NCBI GenBank assembly: GCA_963555995.3 | Contig: OY821641.1 | Span: 1,056,001-1,120,000 of the forward strand | Direction of reading: 5' to 3' | Length of the DNA stretch: 64,000 bases | From: Vicinamibacteria bacterium | GTDB lineage: Bacteria; Acidobacteriota; Vicinamibacteria; Marinacidobacterales; Marinacidobacteraceae | Program-made: the position numbers and the translations under genes | In this document: positions 52,127-62,489 of the stretch, one piece after another | Numbering within the stretch: the stretch's first letter is position 1 | Layout of the letters: each line of letters starts with the position of its first letter | Notes under the pieces: model-generated | The model's input: only the letters and a program-made list of their open reading frames with translations | Databases searched by the model: none | What the model was told of the DNA's origin: nothing

Positions 52127-54652
52127 TCAATCCGCCAGCAGCGTGTTGAGGCGCTGCTCCCATTCGCCCTCGTCCACGACCTCGTAGCGCACCACGCGGC
52201 CCCGCATCGCGGGGACGAACGCCGCCCAGTCCGTCTTCCGGGCGTGCTCGGAGCAGAGATCGAAGACGGACCGCTTGTAGGCGGTGTCGGCGGCGTCCCG
52301 GAGGTGGAGGCCCTTCGTCTCCAGCACGAAGACCTGGTGGTAGGCGTCGTCGGGATACGGCTCGTCGGCACGGAGCGTGACGACGAAGTCCGCGAAGATC
52401 CGGTGGGGTCGCCATCCCTGCACGAAGTAGTCGTGGCGCGCCCGGTTCCGGTACCAGAAGAACAGCCGTTCCTGCTGGTCGAGGTAGGTGGCGACCTTGA
52501 TCTCCAGATCGTTCAGGGCGCTCTCGCCCATCGGGTCGAAGAGGCTCCGCTGGAAGGGAGCGCCGTCGCTGCGGTTGGCCTGGCGTTCGTCGGCCGCCCG
52601 CTGGATCGTGAGGGGGAGGCGGCTCCCCCGGAGTTCGTCGGTGACCACGAGGAAACGCATCGCGCCGGAGTCGAGGAGTCCCCGGAACACCTGCTCCGCG
52701 AGCCGGTCCCGTTCCTCCGCCACCCGCTTCCGGAGTTCCTCCAGGATGTGGACGTAGTTCCCGGCGACCCGCGCGTGACCGTGCTTCGCCGTCAACTCCC
52801 CGAAGACGCGGCGCGCGAAATCGTGGCCGCGCCACGGATTGGGCACCGCGTCGAGCAGATGGCGGGCCGCAAAGAAGGTGTTGATGGCGCCGTCCCCGTC
52901 CGCGCCGCCCGCTTCCGCGGGAGAGACCGATTCCCCCTCGAGGTTCGCGTGGATCGCCACGTCGCCGCCGGACGGGGCGCCGAGCGTCATCCCCAACAGC
53001 GGGTCGAGGTCCACTTCGTCCCACGGGACCCGCGAGAGCACGTCCGCCTCGTAGTGCACGAGCCGCCAGCCGTCGCCGTCCCGGATCATGAACGCCGGCA
53101 GCACCAGGTCGCCGGCGGCCTTGCGGTAGCGCGCCCGCTGCCGGACCGCGACCGTTCCCGCCGCCCGCTCCGCGTCCTCGGAGTCCAGCCGGAGCCGGCT
53201 TTCGAGGTCCTGGAGCCCCTCCGCGCCGAAGCCCTTGCGGACTTCGCGGAGAAGTTCGTCGCCTCGGCGGCGGAAGGCGAAGACGTAGCTTTCGTCCAGC
53301 GCGGCGACGCCGGTCTTCCGGGCGTAGGGCTGGCGCAGGATCCGGCCCACGAGCTGCGTCAGCGCGCTCTTCGAGGACGGATTCGTCAGGATCGCCAGCA
53401 CGTAGGCGAACGCGCAGTCCCAGCCCTCCTGGAGCGCCTGCTTCGTGATGATGAACCGGACCGGACAGTCCCGCGCCAGGAGCCCGCCCGCGTCGTCCAC
53501 CTCCTTCAACTCGTCGCGCTGGCTCGTCTTGACGGCGACGTGTTCCGGGCGGATGCCGGAGTGGGTGAGCAGGTAGTCCCGCGCGTCCTCCGCGTGGATG
53601 AACCCCGCGCCGCGCTGTTCCCGCCCGGTGCGCTCCACCTGGATCAGGCAGATCGGCCGGATGTGGGTGCCGGTGGCCGCTTCGTGGTTGCGGGCCTCGG
53701 CTTCGAGCGCCTCGCGGCGGTGGATCGCCTTGAGCAGCGTGTCCTTCCAGTCGAGGCTCGCGCTGTTCGTGATGTGGAGGTCGAGCTTGATCATCTCCTC
53801 CGCGTGCAGCTCGCGCCCGCGGATGTCCACGAGCACGTTCGCGCCCTTCGGCGGGGTGGCGGAGAGCTCGACGATCAGGCAGGGATTGAAGCCCGCAAGC
53901 GTTTCGCGCGCGCGTCGGCTGTACGCCTTGTGGCCCTCGTCGAGGACGATCAGCGGGCGCTGGAGGCGCAGCACGTTGCCGAGCGAGGTCTTCGCGTGCC
54001 GCGTCGCGCCGAACACGCCCGGAGGGAAGGTGTCGAGGTTCGTCGTCTCCCGCAGGAGGTCCGCGTGCCCGGCGTCATCGTCGTCGGCGGGGAAGAACGC
54101 CTCGAAGCCTCCCCGGTCCCGGAACATGCGGAGTTGCTCCTTCGTCTCGCGGTTCGCCGAGGGCAGCATCAGCAGGAGCACGCACAGCCGTTCGGCGACG
54201 TCGCGGGGGCCGAACCGGCTCGCCTTTTCGAGGATCAGGGTGCGGCCGGCGGAGGCGAGGTCGAGTTGCTGGCGGTAGGGATGGTCGCGGTCCTGAAGCG
54301 CCCGGAGGGTCTGCGAATAGATCTGGGTCGTCGGGACGATCCAGAGGACGAGCCCCGCCTGCCGCTTGCGGAAGTGCAGGTTGACGAGGTCCACCACCTT
54401 CGTCGCCAGCAGGGTCTTGCCGCCGCCGGTCGGGATCTTGAGACAGAACGAGGGCAGCGGCTCGCCGAGGCCGTTCCGGCGTTCCTTCCATGGAGACCCG
54501 GGAACGACCTTCTTCCAGGCCTGGCCCGCCCAGTCGATGTCCAAGCCCAGGTCCGGGTCTATCTGCGCGGCCCTTTCACGGAAGTCCGCGAGCCGCTCCA
54601 GGTACTTCCGGACGGCGTCGAGGGCGCGCCGCTGGTAGTCCTTGAGGATCAC
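52127..54652 (-). CDS. res: Type III restriction enzyme Res subunit
   Basis: PTGGGKT, DEGH, ALQEGWD and QLVGRILR helicase motifs; ADFV...LETKG nuclease motif. Confidence 0.9.
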   Translation of the reverse strand: MILKDYQRRALDAVRKYLERLADFRERAAQIDPDLGLDIDWAGQAWKKVVPGSPWKERRNGLGEPLPSFCLKIPTGGGKTLLATKVVDLVNLHFRKRQAGLVLWIVPTTQIYSQTLRALQDRDHPYRQQLDLASAGRTLILEKASRFGPRDVAERLCVLLLMLPSANRETKEQLRMFRDRGGFEAFFPADDDDAGHADLLRETTNLDTFPPGVFGATRHAKTSLGNVLRLQRPLIVLDEGHKAYSRRARETLAGFNPCLIVELSATPPKGANVLVDIRGRELHAEEMIKLDLHITNSASLDWKDTLLKAIHRREALEAEARNHEAATGTHIRPICLIQVERTGREQRGAGFIHAEDARDYLLTHSGIRPEHVAVKTSQRDELKEVDDAGGLLARDCPVRFIITKQALQEGWDCAFAYVLAILTNPSSKSALTQLVGRILRQPYARKTGVAALDESYVFAFRRRGDELLREVRKGFGAEGLQDLESRLRLDSEDAERAAGTVAVRQRARYRKAAGDLVLPAFMIRDGDGWRLVHYEADVLSRVPWDEVDLDPLLGMTLGAPSGGDVAIHANLEGESVSPAEAGGADGDGAINTFFAARHLLDAVPNPWRGHDFARRVFGELTAKHGHARVAGNYVHILEELRKRVAEERDRLAEQVFRGLLDSGAMRFLVVTDELRGSRLPLTIQRAADERQANRSDGAPFQRSLFDPMGESALNDLEIKVATYLDQQERLFFWYRNRARHDYFVQGWRPHRIFADFVVTLRADEPYPDDAYHQVFVLETKGLHLRDAADTAYKRSVFDLCSEHARKTDWAAFVPAMRGRVVRYEVVDEGEWEQRLNTLLAD

Positions 54653-54659
54653 GGGAGGA

Positions 54660-56279
54660 TCACGGCGTCAGCCGGTCCACCGCCTGGTAGATCTGGAAGG
54701 GGAGCTGCTGGAAGACGATCCGGTAGCGATGGAGGAACTCCCGGTCCAGGTACTTGCAGGGCGCGAAGACGAGCCGCGGCCGGTCCGATGCCGGCAGCGT
54801 GCGCGCCACCTCCAGTGTGAGCGCCATTTCCTTGAGCGCGGCGATGTCGGGCTCGTAGATGAGGAACACGTCGTAGCGCTCACTGCGGCCGACGAACCAG
54901 TCGTCCTTCCGCACCGCGGCCGGGTCGTGTTCCGCCCCGGTGGCGGTGAAGAAGAGGTATCCGGCGAGGGTCTCGTAGTCGGGGAGTTTCGAGCCGTCGA
55001 GCAGGGACTCCTGGCGCATGGGCGGGCCGAGTTCGAAGTAGCTGAAGGCGCCGCCGAGGCCGTTCTTCAGGTTCTCGTCCTTCGCTTTCGGGACGCCGCG
55101 GATGACGCGGCGGACGCGCTCGGCGGTCACGTCGTTCACGTAGTCCTCGCACTCGATGAGGATGAAGCGGCGGTTGCCGCCGTCCTCCCTGTTCTGCGCC
55201 AGGACGGCGTGTGCGGTGGTTCCCGAACCCGCGAACGAGTCGAGGACGATGGAGTCCGTGTCCTGAGCGACGAGCCGGAGCATTCTTTGGACCAACGTGA
55301 CGGGTTTCGGCGTGTCGAACGTCAGTGAACCGAAGATTTGCTTGATCGTTTTTCCGGCATCGTCCGTTGTGCCGGTGTCCCGATAATTCCACAAATCGAT
55401 TGGAACGAGCCCCTCCTCGTTCTGATAGATCTTCAACCTCGGATATTTGGCTTCACCCTTCTCACCCCACCAGAGTCGGTTGGCCTGGACATGGCTTGCG
55501 TGCGTCTCTCTTGAGTATTTCCATGCGTGGGTGGGATGCTCGATGAGGTCACGAGTAAACGGGTTGCGGATCTTGTAAACCAGGTTCGGCCTTTTTTCTC
55601 TCGTAGCTGGGTTGACGTATGACGAAGTAATCCAGGGGCCCCTTGGGTCGTTGTCCGAGTTCTTGTATCCGCGGTCGCTTTTTTCCGTTCGTGGTTCTCG
55701 TAGGAGATGAAGCGTGTCACTTCTTCGGTAGGCGAGAATCGTGTCCTTGAGTGAATAGAACAGTTTGGCGTTATTGCTTCGCGTATACCGTTTTTCCCAT
55801 GCAAGGTCGGCAAGGAAATTCTCTTCGCCGAACACTTCGTCCATGAGAACCCTTAGGTGTCCCGATTCGTTGAAGTCACATGAAACGAAGATCGCGCCGT
55901 CTTCGCGCAGCAACTCGCGCAGCAGCTTCAGCCGCGGCAGCATCATGCAGCACCACTTGTCGTGACGCGTGAGGTCTTCCCGATCCACCACCTTGCCCAG
56001 CCAGTCCTGCATCATGGGCGAGTTCACGTTGTCGTTGTACGCCCAACCCTCGTTCCCGGTGTTGTAGGGAGGGTCGATGTAGATGCACTTCACCTTCCCC
56101 TGATGCGTGGGCAGGAGCGCCTTCAGCGCCGCCAGGTTGTCGCCCTCGATGACGAGGTTGTCGTGGAGGCTCGCGGTCTCGCTCAGCCCCCGCGACCGGA
56201 CCGGCCGCAGTTCGTGGAACGGGACTGCCAGATCGTGGTTCTCCACGAACACCCGGCCCTTGAACTGGAGGGTCGGCAC
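54660..56279 (-). CDS. mod: Type III R-M adenine methyltransferase Mod subunit
   Basis: IEGDNL, IYIDPPYNTG, TPKP and LDSFAGSGTT motifs (beta-class order). Confidence 0.92.
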   Translation of the reverse strand: MPTLQFKGRVFVENHDLAVPFHELRPVRSRGLSETASLHDNLVIEGDNLAALKALLPTHQGKVKCIYIDPPYNTGNEGWAYNDNVNSPMMQDWLGKVVDREDLTRHDKWCCMMLPRLKLLRELLREDGAIFVSCDFNESGHLRVLMDEVFGEENFLADLAWEKRYTRSNNAKLFYSLKDTILAYRRSDTLHLLREPRTEKSDRGYKNSDNDPRGPWITSSYVNPATREKRPNLVYKIRNPFTRDLIEHPTHAWKYSRETHASHVQANRLWWGEKGEAKYPRLKIYQNEEGLVPIDLWNYRDTGTTDDAGKTIKQIFGSLTFDTPKPVTLVQRMLRLVAQDTDSIVLDSFAGSGTTAHAVLAQNREDGGNRRFILIECEDYVNDVTAERVRRVIRGVPKAKDENLKNGLGGAFSYFELGPPMRQESLLDGSKLPDYETLAGYLFFTATGAEHDPAAVRKDDWFVGRSERYDVFLIYEPDIAALKEMALTLEVARTLPASDRPRLVFAPCKYLDREFLHRYRIVFQQLPFQIYQAVDRLTP

Positions 56280-56479
56280 CTCAGCGGCTCCGCGCGAACG
56301 GAAGGCGGCGGGCGCGGTCCGCAGCGGCCATCGAGCCGGAGCCTACCACCGGGAGGGGGCTCGGGGAGGCCCAATGAGAGGGTTTTTCAGGGTCCGTGTT
56401 CGGCCCCGCCGCCGCCGTCCGTGCCGGACGTTGGAACGCGATTGTGCCCGGGTCCAACGGGAGTCGGTAAGTGCGGATC

Positions 56480-56735
56480 GCCGCGCTGCGCGCGGCGGTG
56501 CCGGTCTGGAGACCGGCGTTCCAAGCCGTCGCGCCATCCGGCCGACCAAAGGTCCGCGGTCCGAGCCTTTACGCCATGCGGGTGAGCAGCCATACGCGAC
56601 TCCGCCCGCCTGCGGCGCGCGTGCCGGTCAGAGACCGGCGTTCCAGGCCGGGGGTGCCATCCGGAGGAGGAGCGTTGCGCGGTTCCGCGGCCCTGCGGGC
56701 CGCTGTGCCGGCTGAAGCCGGCGTTCCCAACCGGC
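56480..56735. repeat. REP-like cluster (reverse orientation)
   Basis: Three GTGCCGG...CCGGCGTTCC units. Confidence 0.8.
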
Positions 56736-56812
56736 GGTGCCACGGCACTGAAGGCCGACGTCCGAAAGCGGTCCGAACCGAACCGATTCGATCCGCTAGC
56801 ATCGCCCGCCGC

Positions 56813-57898
56813 ATGATCCCCGGCGCCCGCGAGCTCACGCCCGCCGAGATCGAGGACCTCGCCGCGGGCGCGTGGATCCTCGGGGCGGGGGGCGGCGGGA
56901 ATCCCTACCACTCGCTGCTGAATCTGCGGGCGGAGGCCGCGCGGGGGTTCCGGCCGGTGGTGGTTCCCGCCGGGTCGCTCGGCGACGATGACGTGGTGGC
57001 GGTGGTCTCGACCATGGGGGCGCCGCTGGTGGGTGAGGAGCGGCTCCCCGACCCGGACGTTGCCGCCCGTCCCGTCGAGGTGCTCGCCGAGCGTCTCGGC
57101 CGGCCGTTCGCGGCGGTCATGTCGCTCGAGATCGGCGGGTCGAACGCGCTCCAGAGCTTCCAGGTGGCGGCCCGCACCGGCCTGCCGGTGGTGGACGCCG
57201 ACTGCATGGGCCGGGCGTTCCCGGAGGCGCAGATGACCACCTTCGCCATCGCCGGGCTCCGGAACTACCCCTTCTGCCTCGCCGACATCCGGGACAACGT
57301 GGTGGTCGTGGAGCGCGCCGCGAGCTGGCAGTGGCAGGAGCGGCTCGGCCGGGTGGCGGTGACCGAGGTGGGCTCCATCGCCGCCACCGCGAAGGCTCCG
57401 CGGACGGGCCGGGAGATCAAGGACCATGCGATCCTGGGGTCGGTCACCCGCGCCATCCGGATCGGCGCCGCCGTCCGCGGGGCGCGGGAACGGGGCGGCG
57501 ATCCGGTGGACGCCGTTCTGGCCTCGGAGGGGGGCCTGCTGCTGTTCACCGGGAAGGTGTCCGACATGGAGCGGCGCACCACCCGCGGCTTCCTGCGGGG
57601 GGTGGCCACCATCGCGGGGCTGGGGACGGATCGCGGGTCCACGATGAAGCTCCACTTCCAGAACGAGTTCGCGGTCGCCTTCCGGGACGGCGAGCCCGCC
57701 GGCATGACGCCCGACATCCTGACCGTGGTGGACTCCGCGACCGGGGAGGCGCTCGGCACCGAGGTGATCGCCTACGGCCAGCGCGTCCGGGTGATCGCGC
57801 TGGACGCTCCGGGGGCGCTCAAGACCGCCGCCGCGCTCGAACTCGTCGGACCGCGCGCCTTCGGCTTCGATCTCGACTTCAGGCCGCTGTTCCCGTGA
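56813..57898 (+). CDS. DUF917 family protein (S-methyl thiohydantoin desulfurase-like)
   Basis: LGAGGGGNP, MGAP, EIGGSN, VDADCMGRAFPE, FQNE and PDIL motifs. Confidence 0.9.
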   Translation: MIPGARELTPAEIEDLAAGAWILGAGGGGNPYHSLLNLRAEAARGFRPVVVPAGSLGDDDVVAVVSTMGAPLVGEERLPDPDVAARPVEVLAERLGRPFAAVMSLEIGGSNALQSFQVAARTGLPVVDADCMGRAFPEAQMTTFAIAGLRNYPFCLADIRDNVVVVERAASWQWQERLGRVAVTEVGSIAATAKAPRTGREIKDHAILGSVTRAIRIGAAVRGARERGGDPVDAVLASEGGLLLFTGKVSDMERRTTRGFLRGVATIAGLGTDRGSTMKLHFQNEFAVAFRDGEPAGMTPDILTVVDSATGEALGTEVIAYGQRVRVIALDAPGALKTAAALELVGPRAFGFDLDFRPLFP

Positions 57899-59157
57899 GC
57901 GGCCCGGCCGGGACCCCGGCGCCCACCGGCGCCGCATCCGGCGGCGCCGTGGGGCCGGCCCTCCGGGTCGGCGAGTTCGTCCCGCTCGCCGCCCTGCTGA
58001 TGTCGCTCGTGGCGCTCGCGATCGACACCATGCTGCCGGCGCTGCCCGCGATCGGCGAGGACCTCGGGGTGGCGCGCCGGAACGACGTCCAGTTCGTCAT
58101 CACCGCGCTGTTCGTCGGGCTCGGCATCGGCCAGCTCGTCTTCGGCCCGCTCTCCGACCGGGTCGGCCGCCGGCCGGCGATCCACGCCGGCCTCCTCCTG
58201 TTCATGGCCGGGTGCCTGATGAGCATCTTCGCCCCCACGTTCGAGGTGATGATCGCGGGCCGCGTCCTGCAGGGCGCGGGAGCGGCGGGGCCGCGCGTCG
58301 TGACGCTGGCCCTCGTGCGCGACCAGTACGAGGGGCGCCGCATGGCCCGTCTCATGTCGTTCGTACTGGCCGTGTTCATCTTCATCCCCACGATCGCTCC
58401 GGCCCTCGGTCAGGCGATCCTCTGGGTGGCGGGCTGGCGCGCGATCTTCACGATGTTCCTCGCCATCGCCGCGGTCGCCTTCGGGTGGTTCGCGCTGCGC
58501 CAGCCGGAGACCCTTCCCGCCGCGCGCCGGCGCTCCCTCGCTCCCCGCGCCATCGCGAGGGACGTCCTCGAAGTCCTCCGGATTCGTTCGGCGCTCGGGT
58601 TCACGCTCGCCAGCGGCTCCGTGTTCGCGCCGTTCATCGCCTACCTGAGTTCCGCCCAGCAGATCTTCCAGGAGGCCTACACGACCGGGGCGCTCTTCCC
58701 GGTCTATTTCGGAGGCCTGGTGCTGGCGGTGGGAGGCGCCTCGCTCGCGAACGGCCGCCTGGTGATGAAGCACGGGATGCGCCGGCTCTCGATCGGGGCG
58801 GCCGTTTCCACGGTGCTGGTCTCGATCCCGATGTGGATGCTCACGTTCGTGTTCGGGGGACTCCCGCCGCTCTGGTTGTTCAGCGTTTACCTGCTTGTCA
58901 TCTTCTTCGCCTTCGGACTCCTCTTCGCCAATCTCAACGCGCTGGCCATGGAGCCGCTCGGCCACCTCGCGGGCGTGGGGTCGTCGGTCGTGTCGTCGCT
59001 CTCGGTCTTCATCGCGGTACCGCTCGGCACCGTGGTCGGCCTCAGCTTCGACGGGACCATGTTCACCCAGATCGCCGCCTTCGCGGTGTTCGGGGCCGGG
59101 GGTCTCCTGGCGATGCGCTGGGCCGGGGGAGGCGGCGCGGAACCGGGTCCTCGCTAG
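57895..59157 (+). CDS. Bcr/CflA-family MFS efflux transporter
   Basis: ALAIDTMLPALP and GQLVFGPLSDRVGRRP motifs; GTG overlaps the DUF917 stop. Confidence 0.92.
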   Translation: MSGPAGTPAPTGAASGGAVGPALRVGEFVPLAALLMSLVALAIDTMLPALPAIGEDLGVARRNDVQFVITALFVGLGIGQLVFGPLSDRVGRRPAIHAGLLLFMAGCLMSIFAPTFEVMIAGRVLQGAGAAGPRVVTLALVRDQYEGRRMARLMSFVLAVFIFIPTIAPALGQAILWVAGWRAIFTMFLAIAAVAFGWFALRQPETLPAARRRSLAPRAIARDVLEVLRIRSALGFTLASGSVFAPFIAYLSSAQQIFQEAYTTGALFPVYFGGLVLAVGGASLANGRLVMKHGMRRLSIGAAVSTVLVSIPMWMLTFVFGGLPPLWLFSVYLLVIFFAFGLLFANLNALAMEPLGHLAGVGSSVVSSLSVFIAVPLGTVVGLSFDGTMFTQIAAFAVFGAGGLLAMRWAGGGGAEPGPR

Positions 59158-60723
59158 TCAGTCGCCCTCGGGATCGGACGCCAGCTCGTCCGCCGCTTCC
59201 CGGCCGAACCGCGCGATGGCCTCCAGCGTCTCCCGGACGTCGTCCCAGGTCGTCGTGTGATTCAGGATGCACAGCCGCAGCGTGAAGACTCCCCGAACGA
59301 GCGTCGAAGCGAGGAGCGCGGGCTCTTCCCAGAAGACGCGCGCGAGCACCTTCCGGTTCACCCGCTCCAGCGCCGGCTCGTCGAGCGTTTCGGAAGGGTT
59401 GGCCCGGAAACACAGGATGCCGAGCTGCGCGGGGCTGACGATATCGAGGTCGGGACTCGCCTCGACGAAGTCCTGGGCCCGCGCGGCCAGATCCATCCCC
59501 TGCTGCACGGCCTTGCGGAAGGCGGCCATGCCGAACGTCTGCACCGACATCCAGACCTTCAGGGCGCGGAAACTGCGGCTTGTCTGCAGGTTCCGGTCCA
59601 CGAGGTTCGGGTGGTTGGCGCCCCAGATGGTGTCCTGCAGGATGTCGGGCCGGACCGCGAAGGCGTTTTCGAGGGCGCCGATGTCCTTGACGAGGAGGCA
59701 GCCCGCCTCGTAGCCCTGGAAGAACCACTTGTGGGGGTCCAGTTCGACCGAGTCCGCCCGTTCGATGCCTCGTAGCAGGCGCCGCCCCTCCTCGGTCAGC
59801 ACCGCGAATCCGCCGTAGGCGGCGTCCACGTGGAGCCAGAGACCTTCGGCGGCGCCGTAGTCGGCCAACTCGTCCAGCGGGTCCACGGCCCCGGTGCTCC
59901 CCGATCCCGCGTTCGCGGAGACCAGCAGCGGGTCCAGCCCGGCGGCGCGGTCCTCCCGCACCGCCGCCCGAAGCGCTTCCACATCCAGACCCTGGAGTCC
60001 GCGGCTCGGGAGCGTACGGATGCGCTCGGGGCGGACGCCGATGACGCGCGCCGCGCGGGCGATCGAACCGTGGGTCTGATCGCTCAGGTAGATGACCGGG
60101 CGGTCGGGGTTCCCGGCGGCCTCGCGCCCCGCGACGAAGGCGTTCACCGCGGCGGAGGATGCACCGCTGGTGAAGATGCCGCCGGCGCCCTCCGGGTACC
60201 CGAGCCAGCGCCGGAACCACTCCACGACAACCAGTTCCAGTTGGCTCGGGCCGCTCGCCACCAGCCAGTTGACGGCGTTGATGTTGTATCCGGCGGCGAG
60301 AAAGTCCGCGAGCACCCCGGGCCAGGTCGGAGACGAGGGGACGAAGGCGAAACAGCGGGGATGATCGAGGCGGGTCGCGAACCGGAGCACTTCGCGTTGG
60401 GCGCGCTCGAGGACGTCACCCGCCGGGTGCCCCCGCTCGGGAGGATCCTCCAGCAGCGACGCCTCGAGGGACTGGCGAAAGTCGCCTTCCCAGGCGTCCT
60501 CGGCGCGCAGTTCCCGGTTCCGTTCGACAAGGATCTCGGCGGCCTGGCGGGCGAGTTCCAGCATGAACTCGGGTGCCATCTCCAGACCGTTGCGGCCCTC
60601 GCGGGCGATCGCCGGTCGAGAAGCGTCCGGCTCGTCGGTTCGACTCCGAGACGGTCGGGGGTCGTCGGGCTGCTTGTCCACTGCGCGCCTCCTCTCGTCC
60701 ATGCTGCGGTGCGCGCCACGCAT
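59158..60723 (-). CDS. Group II PLP-dependent decarboxylase (aromatic-L-amino-acid decarboxylase-like); start uncertain
   Basis: HPRCFAFVP, QTHGSI, WLHVDAAYGG, DPHKWF and RALKVW motifs. Confidence 0.9.
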   Translation of the reverse strand: MRGAHRSMDERRRAVDKQPDDPRPSRSRTDEPDASRPAIAREGRNGLEMAPEFMLELARQAAEILVERNRELRAEDAWEGDFRQSLEASLLEDPPERGHPAGDVLERAQREVLRFATRLDHPRCFAFVPSSPTWPGVLADFLAAGYNINAVNWLVASGPSQLELVVVEWFRRWLGYPEGAGGIFTSGASSAAVNAFVAGREAAGNPDRPVIYLSDQTHGSIARAARVIGVRPERIRTLPSRGLQGLDVEALRAAVREDRAAGLDPLLVSANAGSGSTGAVDPLDELADYGAAEGLWLHVDAAYGGFAVLTEEGRRLLRGIERADSVELDPHKWFFQGYEAGCLLVKDIGALENAFAVRPDILQDTIWGANHPNLVDRNLQTSRSFRALKVWMSVQTFGMAAFRKAVQQGMDLAARAQDFVEASPDLDIVSPAQLGILCFRANPSETLDEPALERVNRKVLARVFWEEPALLASTLVRGVFTLRLCILNHTTTWDDVRETLEAIARFGREAADELASDPEGD

Positions 60724-60890
60724 CCTAATCGGATTGCCCCCGTGTCGGACCCGTTCTCAGGCGAAGTCCCGGACGCATAGGCTTCGCCGGGGCTGGCCGA
60801 CGATGTTTCTCTCACCTTCCGCGGGCGATCCGGCGGGGCGGCCCGCGGTCGGACGGCGAAACTCCGCGAAGCCGTACCGGAGGGGGTGAG

Positions 60891-62429
60891 TTGAGGGACT
60901 CCCAGCGCGTCGGCGTGGACGTCGGCGGCACCCACACCGACGCGGTGCGGATGCGCGGCGGGGAGGTGCTCGCCGAGGTCAAGGCGCGGACCACGGAGGA
61001 CGTGACCTCGGGGGTGGCGGCGGCGCTTGAGGCGGTGCTGGGCGGGCGCGAAGCGGCCGCCGGCGTCTCCCGGGTGGTCATCGGGACGACGCACTTCACG
61101 AACGCGGTGCTCACCGGGGAGGGACTCGCCCGGGTGGCGGCGCTCCGCGTGGGGCTGCCGGCCAGCGCGTCGCTCCCGCCGTTCTGCGACTGGCCCGAGC
61201 GGCTCGCCGGCATCGTGCGCGGGCCGGTCTTCATGGTCGCGGGGGGCCACGAGTGCGACGGGCGTCCCATCGTGCCGCTCGACGAGAAGGCGGTCGCCGC
61301 CGCGGGGAGGGAGATCCGGAAGGCGGGGTTCGATCAGGTCGCCCTCAGCGCCGTGTTCGCGCCGCTCGACGGCAGCGCGGAGGCGCGCGCCGCGGCGATC
61401 CTTCAGGACGTCCATCCGGAGGCTTCGATCACCGAGTCCCGCCGGCTGGGACGGATCGGGCTCCTCGGGCGCGAGAGCGCGGGACTGCTGAACGCGGCGC
61501 TGCGGCCGCTCGCCGCCCGGGTGACGCAGGCGTTCGCCGACGCCGCGTCCGCCAGCGGGACGGAGGCGCCGCTCTTCATCGCCCGGAACGACGGCACCAT
61601 CGCGAGCGCCGCCGCGGCGGCCGAGTTCCCGGTGCTGAGCCTCTCCTCCGGTCCCACGAACAGCATGACCGGGGCGGCGTTCCTCTCCGGCGCTTCGGAA
61701 GGCGTGGTGGTGGACGTCGGGGGGACGACGACCGACGTGGGTTATCTCCGCGCCGGGTTCCCGCGGGAGGCGCCGCGCGAAGTGGAGGTGGGCGGGGTGC
61801 GCACGCTGTTCCGGATGCCGGACCTGCTCTCCATCGCGCTCGGGGGAGGGAGCCTGGTGTCCGGGGACGGCGGCGCGGTGGGGCCGCAGAGCGTCGGGTT
61901 CCGGCTCGCGGACGAGGGGCTCGTCTTCGGCGGGAGCGTCCCGACGGCGACCGATTTCGGGGTCGCCGCCGGCTGGGCCGCGATCGGGGATTCTTCGCGG
62001 GCCGCGGGGCTCTCCCGCGAGAGCGTGGACCGCTTCACCGGCGTGGTGTCGGACCGGATCGCCGAGGCGGTGGACCGGATGAAGCCGGACGCGCGCGCGT
62101 GTCCGCTGCTCGCCGTCGGAGGCGGCGCGTTCCTGGTTCCGTCCGGGCTGGAGGGGATCTCCGAAACCGTGAACGTGCCCCACGCGGGGGTCGCGAACGC
62201 GGTGGGCGCCGCCATCGCCCGGATCGGCGGCGAGGTGGACAAGGTCTTCCACGACGTGGGGCGGGACGAGGCGTTCCGGCTGGCCGCCGAGGAGGCCGAG
62301 GCGCGGGCGGTGGCGGCAGGGGCGGACCCGTCCGGGCTCGAGATCGTGGAGCGGGAGGACCTGCCGCTCGCCTATCTGCCGGGGGACGCGCGACGGGTGC
62401 GGGTGCGGGTGGTGGGGGAGGCCGGGTAG
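60891..62429 (+). CDS. Hydantoinase/oxoprolinase A-like ATP-dependent protein
   Basis: GVDVGGTHTD, IGTTHFTNA, SGPTNSMTGA, VDVGGTTTD and VANAVGAA motifs. Confidence 0.92.
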   Translation: MRDSQRVGVDVGGTHTDAVRMRGGEVLAEVKARTTEDVTSGVAAALEAVLGGREAAAGVSRVVIGTTHFTNAVLTGEGLARVAALRVGLPASASLPPFCDWPERLAGIVRGPVFMVAGGHECDGRPIVPLDEKAVAAAGREIRKAGFDQVALSAVFAPLDGSAEARAAAILQDVHPEASITESRRLGRIGLLGRESAGLLNAALRPLAARVTQAFADAASASGTEAPLFIARNDGTIASAAAAAEFPVLSLSSGPTNSMTGAAFLSGASEGVVVDVGGTTTDVGYLRAGFPREAPREVEVGGVRTLFRMPDLLSIALGGGSLVSGDGGAVGPQSVGFRLADEGLVFGGSVPTATDFGVAAGWAAIGDSSRAAGLSRESVDRFTGVVSDRIAEAVDRMKPDARACPLLAVGGGAFLVPSGLEGISETVNVPHAGVANAVGAAIARIGGEVDKVFHDVGRDEAFRLAAEEAEARAVAAGADPSGLEIVEREDLPLAYLPGDARRVRVRVVGEAG

Positions 62430-62489
62430 GGGAGCGCGCTTCGCGGCGCGTTGCGCAGCCGAAGCCGGCCGGAGGCGGGCGCTCCGAGC

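Noticed and set aside
52097-54820. Long antisense or alternate-frame ORFs (also 3596-6037, 6044-8101, 14740-17157, 21360-23177, 60144-62252)
   Set aside because: They are Arg/Pro/Gly-rich, motif-free shadows of real genes, as expected at high GC.
54660-56279. Phase-variable mod (phasevarion)
   Set aside because: I saw no simple-sequence repeat tract in the gene or its 5' region.
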